A stretch of DNA of 64,000 nucleotides from Vicugna vicugna (Eukaryota): NCBI GenBank assembly GCA_013265495.1, contig MU057989.1:511513-575512 (forward strand), written 5' to 3'. Each line of letters opens with the position of its first letter. The stretch's first letter is position 1. This document shows positions 13,027 through 26,839 of this stretch, in pieces. The translations under genes were made by a program, and so were the position numbers. Below the pieces are notes generated by a model, which was given only the letters and a program-made list of their open reading frames with translations, did no database searches and was not told the DNA's origin.

Positions 13027-14331
13027 GGTGGTGTAAATGTCCATTTCTCCCGTTATTAGTGGTATTACTTGTGTCACTAAATGAAGGTGGTGTCTGCCAG
13101 GCTTTTCTATTATTTCCTACTTTGTAATTAATAAATATTTTATGGGGAAATACTTTGAAATTACTTAAATATCCTGTTATTAATTATTTATTCACATCTT
13201 ACAGAATCAATGCTTTCTATTTTATTCTATGTTTTATTACTTGTTAATATCATTATATTGCTCTTCTCTGTTTAATCACTGGGAGTCCATTCAAACTGGT
13301 TTGTTTTTTGACTTGTCCCCATATTCTTTGAGCATTTCCTGGCTTTCTGCTTTCTCAAGATGTCCCATGCTTATGTCTTATTAACCCTGAGTCTGCCCAG
13401 CCATTTCTTCAGGAAGCTGTGGTTACTTTCAATGTAAAATGGTATTTAGAATTTAATTTCTGTGCACAAAGTGACCTTATTACTACTGGGGTGAACTGCT
13501 CCCAGATTCTGTCTCTCTGGACAGATGCAGGATAGAGATAGATAGATGATAGGTAGGGAGAGAGAGAGAGACACAGGCACAGACACATATATCCCTCTTC
13601 CTTTATTTATATCTATATATCTATCTAGAAATGGAAAAGTCTGACAATACCAATTTTGTGTGTGTGCGCATAAAATACGTATTTCAGGCATTCCACAACA
13701 CACACACAAAACAGTTTTAACAGTTATTTTTGTCCATGAGTTATATTCTATTAGGAATGCAATCAATACACATTTTTTTAGAAACAGTTTTGCTACCATC
13801 TGGAAACAACCAGTTAGAATGAAGACTATTTGCAAAAATAACAGAAGTACATATATGGAAATTAATTTCAGAAATATGCAGGAACTATGTAAATAAAATG
13901 ATTACACTTTACTTAGAAAATAAATTGTCATAATTGTAGATATATACAGTCATAGAAATAAATATATATATATACACACATATTCAATTGATACTTGTGC
14001 TGAGCACACTTAAGCTGCATCCCTAAGATATTATAACACTGACTTCTTTTCTTGAGAAGAAAACATGAGACAAGAAATCAGAAGACATTAAGTTAAAAGG
14101 AGATGCTCAGATCCCATAAGCATGATGTTAGGCAAAAGCAAAAGGAGAGAGGATCACTGGGGGCACCCCTGTAAAAGTCATGGCCAATAGACAGACGGGA
14201 CAGAATCTCTGATATTTGGCTCTTACTTTTTTTTTTTTTCCTGTGACATTGTCCTATTATTCTTAGGCACCAGTGAAGACTTATATGAACCTTGTTTTTA
14301 AAAAATAGGTTGGGGGGTATAGCTCAGTGAT

Positions 14332-14450
14332 AGACTGCTTGCTTAGCATGCCCAAGGTCCTGGGTTCAATTCCTGGTAACTCCGTTAAATAAATAAACCT
14401 AATTACTTCCCCCCTAAGAAAAAATATTTTTTAATTTTTTTAAAAAAGAA
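14332..14450 (+). mobile_element. tRNA-Ala-derived SINE (Vic-1-like)
   Basis: ggggggtatagctcagtgatag...gcttagcatgc...ggtcctgggttcaattcc, followed by the aaataaacctaattac tail. Confidence 0.85.
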
Positions 14451-14849
14451 AGAATAAAGGAAAAGTATTGTGCCCAAGCTTTGTTTGTAGGTAAGAAAGC
14501 GTGGAAGCTGTTGGAGAAACAGTTAACAAAGGGACAAAGGTGACAATGGGAAACAGAGTGCAGTACAAAGAACAAGATGATGAGTGACAATCAGGAAAGT
14601 GAAAATATTCCTCATGGAATCTCAGAAATACTTGAGGCCTGAATTTCTAAGGAGAAAACCTAATTAGTTGATCATGTAAGCAAATTTCACTAGAAATCAG
14701 GGAAATTCAAATTAAAGCCACAATGAAATACTCTTTTATTCCCCCTGATTGGCAGAAATGTAAAAGTCTGACAATACCAAGTGTTGTCAATGGTATGGAG
14801 AAACAGGTTATGACGCCAGAAGAGTCCGTCTCTTCATTGGGGCAGACTG

Positions 14850-15400
14850 CTGTCCATTGGCGGAGGGCGGAACCAGGTGGGGGGTCATTGTTCTTCAGGG
14901 CACCGCCTGCGTGCCCGCGGCGCTCTTTTCCGGCTTGGCTCTTGCGCATGCGTCAGGCCTCGTGGCGGTCCCGGCTTGCCCCGCGGCAGCTTCCGGCCTG
15001 GCGCGCTGGAAACGACTGCTGGGCGCGACTGCTGGGTGGGCGAGTTGCGCGTCTGAGACCGCCTTTGCTCTGCGGGCGGGTCTGGGCGCTGCGGTTCTGG
15101 CCTCTACCCTGAAACTCTCGCCTTGTGTCTTGCGTCCTGGAACGGAAAGACTCGCAGTGGCCTTGAGCCGGGACCTCCACCCTCTTGGGAGGCGTGGGGC
15201 CGAGGTAGCCTGGTGTGTCGGCCCCGTTGCCCTTCAGGGCTCCAGTCCGCTCACTTTCCTAGTGAAGACGGCTTTTATGGGCTCCAAGCCTTTTTTCCTT
15301 GTGGCTTTTGCTAATAAAACACTCGTTCCTTGAGGTCCTTCCGGGTCCTTATGGGCCCTTGTGCTGGACGGTGGGGACCCGAAGACAACTCCTTACTTCC
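14850..15400. promoter_or_regulatory. Orphan CpG island with promoter motifs
   Basis: Dense CpG; ATTGG and GGGCGG near 14856-14871; NRF1-like TGCGCATGCG at 14943-14952; ETS-like TTCCGG sites. No adjacent coding exon recognised. Confidence 0.75.
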
Positions 15401-16079
15401 AGAGAGCTCCCAAACTAGTGGAGTAGATAGACCCGGGGAAGTAAATTCTGGTTGGAGGTGGAGGAAGAGAAGGCGTCCTGAGAGAGAGTTACAGAAAGGG
15501 CCGAGGAGTTCAAAGTTTTAGGAAGCTTCCAGAAGGTAGTGATAGTAATGTTAGTGTGATGGTGATGGTGGTGGTAACCAGTCCTTACCCTCTGGGCCTC
15601 ATGTCTTTTTTGATGAAGTCCACACCTTGGAAACATAAATTTTACCTTATTTTAATTTCTAGGCTCGGGTGCCCTTGCTCCCTGAGGGTTGGGAGGAATA
15701 GAGCTTGGCAGCCCCTCGTGTTCAGTTTCTATGGAAAGAATGAATCAGGCCTTGGGAGAAGTTTAGTGGCAAAGGCATTAAGGCTGGCGAGCACAAAGCC
15801 TGTTCCAGGACGTGGGACCAGTTCACCTGTGCTGGATTGTAGAATGTGTGTTGGGTAGTGGGCATTGAGGCTGGAGGAGTAGGTTAGGTCATGAATGCTA
15901 GGGAGAGCCTTTAAAGTTAGGAAATCTTGGCTTATTTCAGTGGCAGTAGGAAGTCTTGAAGGCTTTTGAGCAGGGTAGTTTATACAGTTGGATTAGAATC
16001 CAGATCTGCTCTACAGGAAGACCAGGTGGAGAGATGGGAGACTCTTGTACCATCCTGGCCTAATGATATGTACGTAGAC

Positions 16080-16290
16080 CAGAGGTTCTCAACAGGGGTG
16101 GTTTTGACCCCTTCAGAGATAATTTGACAATTTCTGGAGTCAATTTTGTTGTCAAGGCTGGCAGGTGCTCCTGACATCTAGTGGGTAGAGGCCGGGAGTG
16201 AGGCTAAATATCCTACAACGCACAGGACACCTGCCCACCCACAGACAACAAGGACCTGTCCAGCCCAAAATGTCAGTAGTGCTGAAGTTC
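16080..16290. mobile_element. MER20-like hAT DNA transposon
   Basis: cagaggttctcaac...catctagtgggtagaggcc...cctacaacgcacaggaca...cccaaaatgtcagtagtgctga. Confidence 0.8.
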
Positions 16291-19200
16291 CTGGAGCTAT
16301 AGGAGTGGAAATGAAGGAGAGACAGATCCTAGAGACATCTCAGAGACCAGTCTTCATCTCCTTTCATATTCTTTCTAGTGCTTAAGTACTGGACATGGAG
16401 TCAGTTAATCAGGTTTGAACGCCCCAGACTTCCTTGTGTTTTTTTCACCCATTCATTCATTTGGCAGATACTTATCTTGCATGAGACATTATTCAGGGTG
16501 CTGTGATTCAGCAATGAACAAAACAAGTTTCTTGCTCCCCAAGAAGCTTACATTCTTGTAGGAATGACAGACTTTAAATGAATAAATATATGTCAAGTAG
16601 TGAGATACACCTGAAGTTCATGTAAGATGGAGTTTCTCTTATATCACCCCAGACCATTTACTCTGCACCTTTTATGTGCCAATTACTGGGCCAGATGCTT
16701 ACAAATAGCATTTCGCCTACAGCCCCTGCCACAGTAAGGCTGCCTTGTTGGTGTAAACATATAGAATAAGGTCTGTGTTTTGAGATCTCACAGAAATTGT
16801 TAAGCAGAAGAGTGTTGAGAGTGAGAGAGTGAAAAATTAAAAATTCTTGAAATTGATTTGACCCATATTCAAAATCCAGCTCCTTCACTTCAGTCACCAT
16901 GCAAATCATTTGACCTCCGATAGCAGGTACGCAATGGGGCTACCAGGAAACCCATACTTTACTTGCAATTCTGAATGAATCCTAGATTCATCAAAAACTC
17001 CAGAGGTGCCACGAGAATGACCATGTGTATGGGGACTGTCAGAGCAACCTCAGGAGCACAGCTTCATCTAGATGCCAGAGCAGGACGGCGCCAAGTTCAA
17101 AATCCTTCAGGCTAACTACTATACCCCAGGGAGTGGCCAGAGTATTTGCTAGAGTCCTCTGACCTGCACATGTGAAACCACTCAGTCCTTCTCTTTGTCT
17201 CTACCCAGAAGCCACACTGAGGATGAGCAGCAGGACTTAGAAGAGACTGGAGCTGGTAATGGTGAAAGTGAGGATTTGCCTGTGATGCAGTTAGTGATGA
17301 ACAAGCACAGTCTAGCCCAGGGTCCCAAAAGTTCCAGGCTGTTCCCAAACTGACTGGTAAGGCAGTCCCTCACAGGTGAGGCAGACAGGAGGTGGCAAGA
17401 GGAAAGGAAGTGGAGTAGGAGGTATGAGGGGCCCAGCTGTGGTTTTGGCTGTGACCACCTATCTGCCACCTCAGGCTGAGGAATCGCAATAGATGTGGAA
17501 AAGGGTTATTAACATCCTGCACGCTTTGCCCTACTTCTCTGGGTTGTGAGAATACTTCTATGGGAAGTGCTTAGGAATCCTTGGGAAAAAGAAATAGTCA
17601 ACTGAAGAATTGCATCCATTCGTTAAAATGTTTCAGTGAGGAATGGAGGTATAGCAGCTGTAAGGAGAGCCCCAGCATTTAAGGTACAGTGGAAAACTGG
17701 AGTTTTAATGGATGTCTGAAGGGCTGAACCAAACCAGCAGTGTAAGTTTACACATCAGAATAAATCTACAGACTTCGGGTGCTGCCTTTTGTACAACCTA
17801 CTTCACGTTTATTCTCAAGTGGTTAGTGCAGTGATCAGGCTCATCTGGCAATGGGATGTAGACACTAAGGTGCAAGAGACGGTAACTGTAGGAAGCAGTG
17901 ACCACACAGGGAATGGGGGGATCATAGGGGAAGGCTGGGTTTATCAGAACCGGGAAGCTTGGAAGAGTGGTCCCACAGAGCGGGGACTCAGAGCTCTGGG
18001 GGCTGGGCTGGGTGGTAGTGGTATTTCTGAGGGGTCCAGTGAGAGTGGTTCTGGAAGATACTGTGTCTACTTCGTTCATGGTTTTGTTCTCAGCTCCTGT
18101 GTAATGACTGGTACTTTATAGGCAATCACGTATTTCCTGAATGAATGAATAACTGAGCATATTTTCTTACCTGTCTACTCCAGACCATCCCGAGAGACTG
18201 ACAGGCAAGGCTTGGGAGCTCTGTACTCTGTCTTCCTTTTCTGCCCAGCACTGTAGAGGATAAAGCAATTTGGAGGGTGGAGGCTACCTAAGTATGCAAG
18301 GGGTTCAACAGCTGCATCCCAGTTTCCCTGGCCAACGTAGGCCCAGGCAAGAGTCAGGGGAGCCTGCTGGTGAGGTGTCGGTACCTCCACTTCCTTCGCA
18401 CGCCCATTGACTTTCACTGGCTCTGCTCACTTATCCAGGCCAGCTTCTTTGAGCTGGTACCCACAGCCCTTCAGTAGTTGACCCACCCCTGGGCTGTATC
18501 CCTCTTCCCCACCGTGAATCTCCAGTGAAATCAGGCTGTCCGCAACAGGTCACATTCAAGCCCACTTCTTTGCCTTTGCCCAGGCTTTTCTAAGGTCCCG
18601 TTTCTTCCCTTTGTGGAGCAGAGGTAAGTATGTGGCTGTGGGAACTGACCCGCATAGCCTAAGGGCCAAGCGCAAGGACTGTATATGCAGAGAACTGTAG
18701 CGTGGTCCAGGCAAGGCTAACCCTGAGGAAACGCTAAAGTATATTCTTCTGTCCTGCCTTTGTTTCTCCTTCCCTAAAATGGGGGGGGAGGGTTGGCTTT
18801 GAAGTAGAGTATGCATTCTCTTTTGGTCATATCTAATTCCTCAAGAAGGCTCAAGGCAGCGAACATGACACTTCCTTTTTGCCAAAGCTTAGGCAAGGTA
18901 CTGACGCCTTGTGTGCATAGGCTGAGAACCGAGTACAACCTTCCCCTCTTTCACCACTTTTTCATCATGGAGAATCCAGGAAAGCTTTAAATATCTATGA
19001 CTTTTTCTGGTTCAGTAAGTTTTAATATAAGTTGTTAGTGCTCCTTATACCCACCCTTCTTTTCACCTGCACTCAGAGCCTCCTGCAGCCCCTGTATTTC
19101 CCTTGCTCCTGTGATCACCTCCCTTCTCAGTGATAGCTCAGACCTCCCCAACCCAATTCTGGTCCTTCTTTCCCCATTTCCTGCCCCTTATTCCTTTCTG

Positions 19201-22200
19201 CATGTCCTGCTGCCTTGAAGCAGGTTCTATACTTGGATCCTCTTAGGACCCTGGAGGCTTTCATGAGTAAAAAATTTCTAATGGAGGTTATAACCAAGGG
19301 CCAAGGAAGTGGAAGGAGAGACATCTTTATTGTCAACAGAAATAGTAAGGCTTATAAACATGTCAAAACTGTTTACTCTAAGAGATAAGAAACCAGAAAT
19401 GGGTGGAGGCAATGGTAAGATAAGAAATCTTACAAAGGCTGACCTAGATGTTACACTTGCTCTGAGATTAAGTTACTTAGGGAAACAGATTGAGTGTTGC
19501 CCAGTGGATTTACCTTTTCTTCCTTTCCTTTTCCCTCCTCTTTGGTGGTAGCTGAGTTACAATTAGTGGTCTGCTCTGAAGTTAGCAGTAGTACCTAACA
19601 GTAAGTGCCTAGAGGTCAGTTACTGGTTTAGACTGGATCCAGGCTGTTAACTTCTAGATGTGCTTTCCATGAGGGGGAGAATTTCTTCCCTGACGTGGCC
19701 CAAAAAGACTGCTCAGGCCACTAGCAGGGGCATTCTCTGTTGGGAGCAAGGATACACAGGTTTTCTGGCAGGACTTAGGGATCCTATAGCCTTCTCCCCT
19801 TCAGAGCAAAACTGAAGTCCCCAGTGAGACAGGACTCAGGAATCCCAGGCAGAGCTAGAAAGAGTTCAGCATTCTTATGCTGAATTCTATTCCTAGACAT
19901 GGCTGTTAAGATCCACTTGTCAACAAGTCTACTGCTAAGCCAGGGGTTGCCTAGTCAAATGCTCCACAAGCACAAGGAAGCACTGAGGAACACATGTTGA
20001 CCTAAGGAATCGATCTGTCAGGTTTCCTGCACACTCCTAGTGTGTCTCTTCCTTCCCGTGATGTGTGTACCACTTTTATGTGTACCCACTGATGGCGAAT
20101 GAGGGCAGAGTTCTTACTGAAGCTTTTCTTACGCTGAGAGCACTGGTGTGGGTTTTCTGGTCGTGGGCACTGAAGTGGGAGCAGCTGTTGGAGCTTTTCC
20201 CACACTGCCCACACCTGTACGGGCTCTCCCCAGTGTGGACTCCCCAGTGAGTGCTAAACTGGGAACTGTTGTTGAATCTCTCCCCACAGCCAGTGCGCTG
20301 ATGAGGCTTCTCCGCAGTGCGGGTCCTCTGGTGGCCAGTGAGGCCGGAGCTCTGGGTGAAGCTTTTCCCACCTGCCCCACAGCGGCAGGATCTCTCTCCT
20401 GTGTGAGTCACCAGGCGGGCAGTGAGGCTGGCATGATCCCTGAAGGCTTTCCCACGCTCAGTGCGCTTGTGCGGCTTCTCTCCTGTGTGGATTCTTTGAT
20501 GTCAAACAAGAACCTCAGCTAAAGCTTTTCCCACATTTGTGACGTTTAGAAGCTTTTTCCGTTTGGGGGCTGGCTGCTGGTGAGAGGGAGAACTCTGAGG
20601 GCAGCTTGTCCCACACAGGAGGTATGCTCCAGCCTTCTCCCCAGTACGAATTCTGCAGTGACTTACTGGCTCCTGGGGTGGGATTCTCCTCACTCCCGGC
20701 TGGAGAAACTCTACGTTGCCTTGTTAGCATTGGCTCATCCACCCAGCCCGTCTTAGCTCAGAGTGCCAGAAAATGTCACTAGACTTTCTCTGAAGAGGCT
20801 TGTTCATTTCTGCTTCCTCTGTATCGTCCCATTTCAGATTCTCTTTCTTGATCTCAAAACCTGAAAGAACAGAAATAACATTGAACTGTGGAGAAGGAAA
20901 ACAATGGAATGAGGAAGGAGTTAACAACTACCTTTAAGAATAAATACTAATTAGAGTTCTCATGTGATTCAGACTTCTGCTAATTAAAAGCCTAACTTCT
21001 TCTACTTGTAATATTTTTAAGCTCTAAATTCTGTGATCACAGGTAAATATACCCTAAGTTCCACCCACTTTTCTCCTATCACATCTCATTTTGGATGTTG
21101 TGACCCAATGACAAGGCTGAGGCTAGGAGTCACGCTCTGTGTCATCAGTGACTCTGTCTCAGTTCTTGAGTGACCCAGTTTCTGGGAGGAGTTACAAAAG
21201 ACCACCCTGGGTTTGGCCAGCTCAAACAGGAAGAAAGCAAGTTCCTGGGCATTGGGTAACCCGGGCTTAGTTTTACAAGGAAGGTCAGCACTGGAGGACA
21301 GAAGAGTCTGGGCTGGAGACCTGACTGGCAATCTAAGGAAGCAAGTTAAGTGGAACTCCAGGGAGGAAAAAAAAATGACATGGACTCCATGAAAGAGGCT
21401 GGCAAAGCAACACTGGGGCTCTAACGTGCAAGGGGAATGATCCTCAAACACTATGAAAACCCGGCCTATATAAAGTCATACATCGAGATGATGACAAGGC
21501 CAGGAGCAGAACGGCTCCCTCTGAATGCTAAATAATGGCTGAGTGGACTGTACCATCCTTTGAAGATCAGAGCCAAGACTCTTACCACATCTGTTTGGGA
21601 ACAGGTCTGGCAGGCCAGCCCTCCTAACTTCCTGGCCGGGATCCCTGAAGTCTTTTCATCCCCGCCTGCACCATCCATAGTGGTACCTTCTCTAACCTCT
21701 GTGGGCTCCCCATTCTGCTGGCTTAGCTTTCCAGCCTCGACATCACTTCCCTCTTGGCCAGGAACAGCGTCACTTGCCATAGTAGGTTCAGAGGCCCAGG
21801 AGCTTGAAAGGGCACCCGTTTCCTTGTAAAGGATACAAGGTTCAGGCACGTAGCCTGTCCTCATATTGCAGTAACTCAACTGCAGGCTTTTAAACTTGGT
21901 GCAACTCTGCCCTGGGGTCCACAGAAACCCCTACTCCTGGAGTCGTTCCACCATGACCCTGTAGATCTGGCTGTTCTGCTGATTGGTCTGGGGTTTTTCA
22001 TAAAACTGAGAGTAACTTGGAATGGCCAGGAGTGTCTTGTTCTCTCCATAGACCCAGTGTACGCCTCCTGCCAGGAGTGATCAGACCAGAGCAGACAGAT
22101 ACAGCAGTGCAGGGTTTTAGCAGCCCACAATGTCACATCCTAGTCTCTCAAACTATGCCACAAGATGACAGCCCTTCGAAGTCACACAGCAGCTCCTGCT

Positions 22201-22765
22201 AGGACATCACCCACTTTCCAGGGAGAATACAGTGCTCGATCCCCTGGCTAACATCATCTCCATTCTTTTATGTTCTGTTAACAAAATCCATGTATAACAT
22301 CTGCTCACACAATTCACCATTTTTATCACTGGAAAGCACCTGACTTTGGCTTTCCAATTTCACAACAGCACATGTTTAGGTACTACTTTTCCCTTTGTGT
22401 AACCTGCATGTGGCCAAGTGAATGGCTGTCTGTTGAGTGTCCACTCTAGCCTTCAACCCACATATCACCATCAGTGAGGGAACAGGAACTGTCCTCAACT
22501 TATAGCTGGAAGACACAGCACAATGTCGGGGAGCAGTTTGCTTCTAGGTGATCAGCTCCAGGACGTGTGCAGAAAGGCCCTCACCGAGTGGCTCTGGAGT
22601 TTCCTGGCCTGGCTGCTTTCTGTCGGATTTGAGGTGTCTGAGCCCTTCACTGTGTCCTCTTGCCCACCTCTTTGTACTTCCCTTTGGGCATTGGCTTAGC
22701 CCTTTGGCCTCCACAACCCTGTCTGCCAAGACACTGGGAGAACTGGAGGAGCCCTGTGAGGCCGG

Positions 22766-23010
22766 CAGAGCTTCCTTCTCCTCCGCAAAGGCACAGGGCT
22801 CCTGGCTGCGGCCTCCCGTCCTTCAACAGTAACTGGCCCAGAGCTCCCAAACTGGTTCCACGCTGCTCCAGAGTCTGGTGGAAGCTTCGTTCACACAGAA
22901 GCTCGCGACTTCCCGGCAGGGCTGGCTGCTTTGCGGGTGCACCTGGAGTTTCTCATGCAGCCAAGGCCACTGAGAACAGGCCAGAGAGTCCTGGTTTCCT
23001 CCTCAGCCCC
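22766..23010 (-). pseudogene. Highly decayed second Myb/SANT-like exon remnant within ZSCAN32
   Basis: Frame-hopping translation GAEEETRTL...HEKLQVHPQSSQPCREVA...CERSFHQTLEQRGT...EPCAFAEEKEAL parallels the Myb/SANT exon at 22067..21586. Confidence 0.7.
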
Positions 23011-24165
23011 GGGGTGGGGGAGGCTGTGTCTGTCCCATCGGCTGAGTCTGGCTGTTGTGCTTCCCCCTCGAATTTTTTCTTCTCCATTTGATGGTTCATA
23101 CGCTTCCACTCCTCTCACTGCTGGGAGTCTGGCACCTTTTCCTCATGCTGAAGCCCTGAATATCTGGGGTCCCTGTTCATACTCTGATCCACCCAGGATG
23201 ACCTTCAGACCATGATCCAGGTTCCTTCTGCATGTGAAGATGCAGGAAGGAGACGTCAAGGCCGCAGCCCATGGCAGAGCCTGTCTCTGCATCTGATGGT
23301 CAGGGAGGCTGCTCAGAGGAGGCACAGCCCAGATGGGGCAGAACTGATTTGAAAAAAGGCAAGAGATCAGTCCTGAGACTCTGAGAAAGGGCTCTTGTTG
23401 CCTCCTGAAGGGCCTGGGCATAGAAGCCAACTGCCACAGTTGGATTGTTTTGTTTTTCAATCTTCTCTGCTACCCAGGCCACATCACAGCTGGGTGTGCG
23501 CACAGGTTCACTCCTCTCTCCCCTGTTGCCCTCAGAGTCTGGGCCTCACTGGCTACTGTCTGTCTCCAGCTCTGTGTTGCTCTTGCTGCCTCTCTGTCTC
23601 CATCCCCTGCTTATCTCCACCTCCCCACACTCTGTATCCCCACTGTCCCTTCTCTCGATCTTGCTCACTGTCACGCATGCAGTCCATCCCTGTCCCAAGG
23701 TGGTGCTTTCCCTCCTTCAGTCTCTGTCTTTCTTTCCTTGTCTTCTTTTCTCTGTGTCTTTGCCTACTCTGTGTTTTCCTGTTTATTTCCTTCTTTCTTT
23801 ACCTCACAGGCTCCCCACTGCCCCTCTGTCTCCTTTCCTCTTGGGTTCTTTCGGTCTCTCTCTTTCTCTCCGAACAACTGAACACATCCACTGTGGACCC
23901 AGAGGGAATGTGGACCCTTACCCAGTGAGGCATTTCTGTCATTCTTCTGTGTAGCATCCCTGCACAGGGCCCTCTGCGTAGGGCCAAGGTGCACCTGTCC
24001 TTCCTGATGGACGGATACGGCTCTGTCCTCACACGCGACTGGTCCCTGTAATGACACCGGGGTCTGCTGCTGCCAATAAAATAGCACCACTCTAGCTTGC
24101 GGTGGGGAGTAGGGGCAGAGGCAGGACCACAGTTATCACAGTGGGGCAAAACAGGGCAGGGGGAG

Positions 24166-24300
24166 GGGGCAGGATATAGCTCAGTGGTAGAGCGTGTGTT
24201 TAGCATGCACAAGGTCCTAGCTTCAATTCCCATTACCTCCATTAAGATACATAAACAAACCTAATTACCGCCCCCACCCCCACCCCCAGAAAAAGAAACA
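24166..24300 (+). mobile_element. tRNA-Ala-derived SINE (Vic-1-like)
   Basis: ggatatagctcagtggtagagcg...tagcatgcacaaggtcctagcttcaattcccattacctcca plus tail. Confidence 0.85.
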
Positions 24301-24659
24301 AGAAAGGGGGAGGTGAGGCCCCCAGGAGAAAGATCAGCGTGGATAAAGACTCATGTGATGATGTCAGTGACAGGACAAGAAAACAACCCGAGAGAAACTT
24401 AATGGACCACAGAAAAATCTTTCCAGCATCTCCGGGAAAGAAGGAACTTAGGGTGAGAGTGAGTGCAAGGTGAGATGGGAACCCAAAGAAACAAAAGGTG
24501 TCAACCACAGCTCACCTGAGCCCCGGCTGGGCAGAGTACAGCACCTGTCTCCTGGCGTCCAAGGCCCCTCTTCTGAGGAAGGTTCCTGGGAACCTGCGGG
24601 GTGAACCAGGCTAGGCGAGAAAACAGCCAAGGCTAGAGGGTGCCTCCACATCGCAGCCA

Positions 24660-24835
24660 CAGAGCAGGGGTTGCAAGTGGGGTCCCAGGCCAGCAGCAGC
24701 AGCAGCACCTGGGACTCATCAGAGGCGCACATTCCTGGACCCCACCTCAGACCTGATGCATCAGCAACTCTAGGGGTGAGGCCTGGGCATCCTCAGAGGG
24801 GTCTGATGCAGTCAAGTTTTGGGACCACTGCCCTA
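24660..24835. mobile_element. MER5A-like DNA transposon
   Basis: cagcagcagcacctggga...ccccacctcagacctgatgcatcagcaactctagggg...aagttttgggaccactg. Confidence 0.7.
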
Positions 24836-26839
24836 GCCAATGACCTGTCTCTGTGTTAAGAAGTTCCTTTTTCCAGATTCCTCCTGACATAATGGCTTTA
24901 AATTTTTTTTCATTCTAAAGAAATATGTATATGTTGTATTTTTAAAAATTTTAATAGAATACTGGGAAGCAGGGAGGAAATGTCCCATTGCCCAGCCACC
25001 CAGGGGTAACCACAGTGCTCTTAAAAATACTGCACGAACTCAATCCTTTTATTTTTCTTCAGAGCAAGATAACATATTCTGTCCCAGATTCCCACCCTCA
25101 GGAATAGTACAAAGCAAATGGTGCATTTTGATGACTTCTTAACAGAACTTCAGAGGACACTCAGAGGTCTGTGACCCTTTGGGATCCGAGCAGTCTGCAG
25201 GCACGGTGAGCTGAGGGAACACAACATGGAACAGAGTGAGTCCTGCCCCCCGTCTACTCAGACCGCAAAGCCTCATAAATCACACACCAAAGAGAACAGA
25301 TGTTCCCAAGTGTTAACAAAAATGCTAAATGGCCAAGTTAGTGTATTTACTTTGCTTAAAAAGATACAAAAGCAAATAAGCTCTTAGGTTTTCATTTCAA
25401 CAGCAGAAGCTTGCCTTTTAAAACAGCATGAAGACACAATGTTTTCCTCTAGGAATTTGAGTTACATAAAGATGAGCTGGCTACAAAAACTACTTAGCAA
25501 CTTGTAATGGCAGCTTTGAATTAAGCAGAAAAGGTAGCAGTGGCCTTCAGGACGATCTAGAAATGTATGCAGCCAAAGTGCTTCCCTGAAAATAACTTAG
25601 AAAGATAGAGCCTTGCTCTGTCTGTGGAGGGGAATATACTCAGCCATAAAAACAAAGTCATGATATAGGCTGGAAATGTGATAAATGAGAGAGGCTAGAA
25701 ACCAAAGGTAATATACTGTAGGATTCCATTTCTATGAAATGTCCAGAACAGGCAGATCAAAAAAGAGAGAATGAGGAGCAACTACTTAATGATATGGGGT
25801 TTCCTTTTGGGGGCATGAAACTGTTTTGGAAAAAGATAGAGGTGGTGATAGTCCAGCATTGTGAATGTACTAAATCCAACTGAATTGCTCACTTGAAATG
25901 GCTAATTTTACACCTCAATTAATTTTAATTAAAAAAAATTTTTTCTAAAAACTTAAGACAGGGCAAAAAAAGAGCTAGGGAAGAAAGGCAAAACTAATAG
26001 GGAAAATGTATTTTGGAAGAGATTAAGCTGGATGGGGAAGGGGGTTATGTCTTCAAGATTATGAAGAACTCCTCTGCCCAGGCAAGGTGAACATGCTCAC
26101 CTTGAATAACAGCTGACCCAGGAGCAATTGAGTTAAACTGTAATTAAAGAGAAGTGAACACACAAAGGATCTCCGTCCCTTATTGTAAGTGCTAGTATCA
26201 TCAACTAAAATCTGAAATCTTGATTTTTGGGTGTATTTCAAAGACATTTAATCTGGTACCCAGGGGCGACTGGAGCTCAGACCTGCATCTCCAGTAGGTG
26301 ACAGTTCCTCCCCACCTTGGGTGAGGGCAGAGGCCCCTGCTCACCTTCTGCCTGTTCCCATGGTCTCTGGTGTGAGCTCCGGGACCCCGCTGCGGTCCAT
26401 ACCTCCGGATGAAGCCCCTTTTCCAGGTGGGATCTCGGTGATTCTCTGGCTGCTCCCAAAGGGGCTGTCTCCTTATTAGGCACTTTCAAGTCCTTCCCAG
26501 AATCTGGGCCCTGAGAACAGAACCCATCATCTGTCACTACAAATTCCTACCTAAGTAGGACTTGACAGCCCCTGAGAGTGGGATTAAGGAACAAAGTGAG
26601 ACAGTCAAAGAGGAATATTCTCAGGGCCACTGTTAATAAAACAAAAATGAATGGAATTTGGCCACAATCACGTGGTGTCAAGTGATTTAGATCATTTACA
26701 TGGAAGTGCCCAGCATGGAGCCTGACACACACAAGCTCTAAGAGCGGTGTGCCTTTGCTAAGTGGGAACGTCAGCCTTCACTTTAGAAAGCCCCTGTGGT
26801 CCCCGCACTGCTGCCCTTTCCTCTCCCCCAAATCCAGTC

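Noticed and set aside
10700..20000. Mitochondrial 16S insertion (human MTRNR2L4 lies in this interval)
   Set aside because: I recognised no mitochondrial rRNA-like sequence here.
23395..23954. Three overlapping ORFs of 143-177 aa
   Set aside because: CT-rich low-complexity intron sequence lacking stops.
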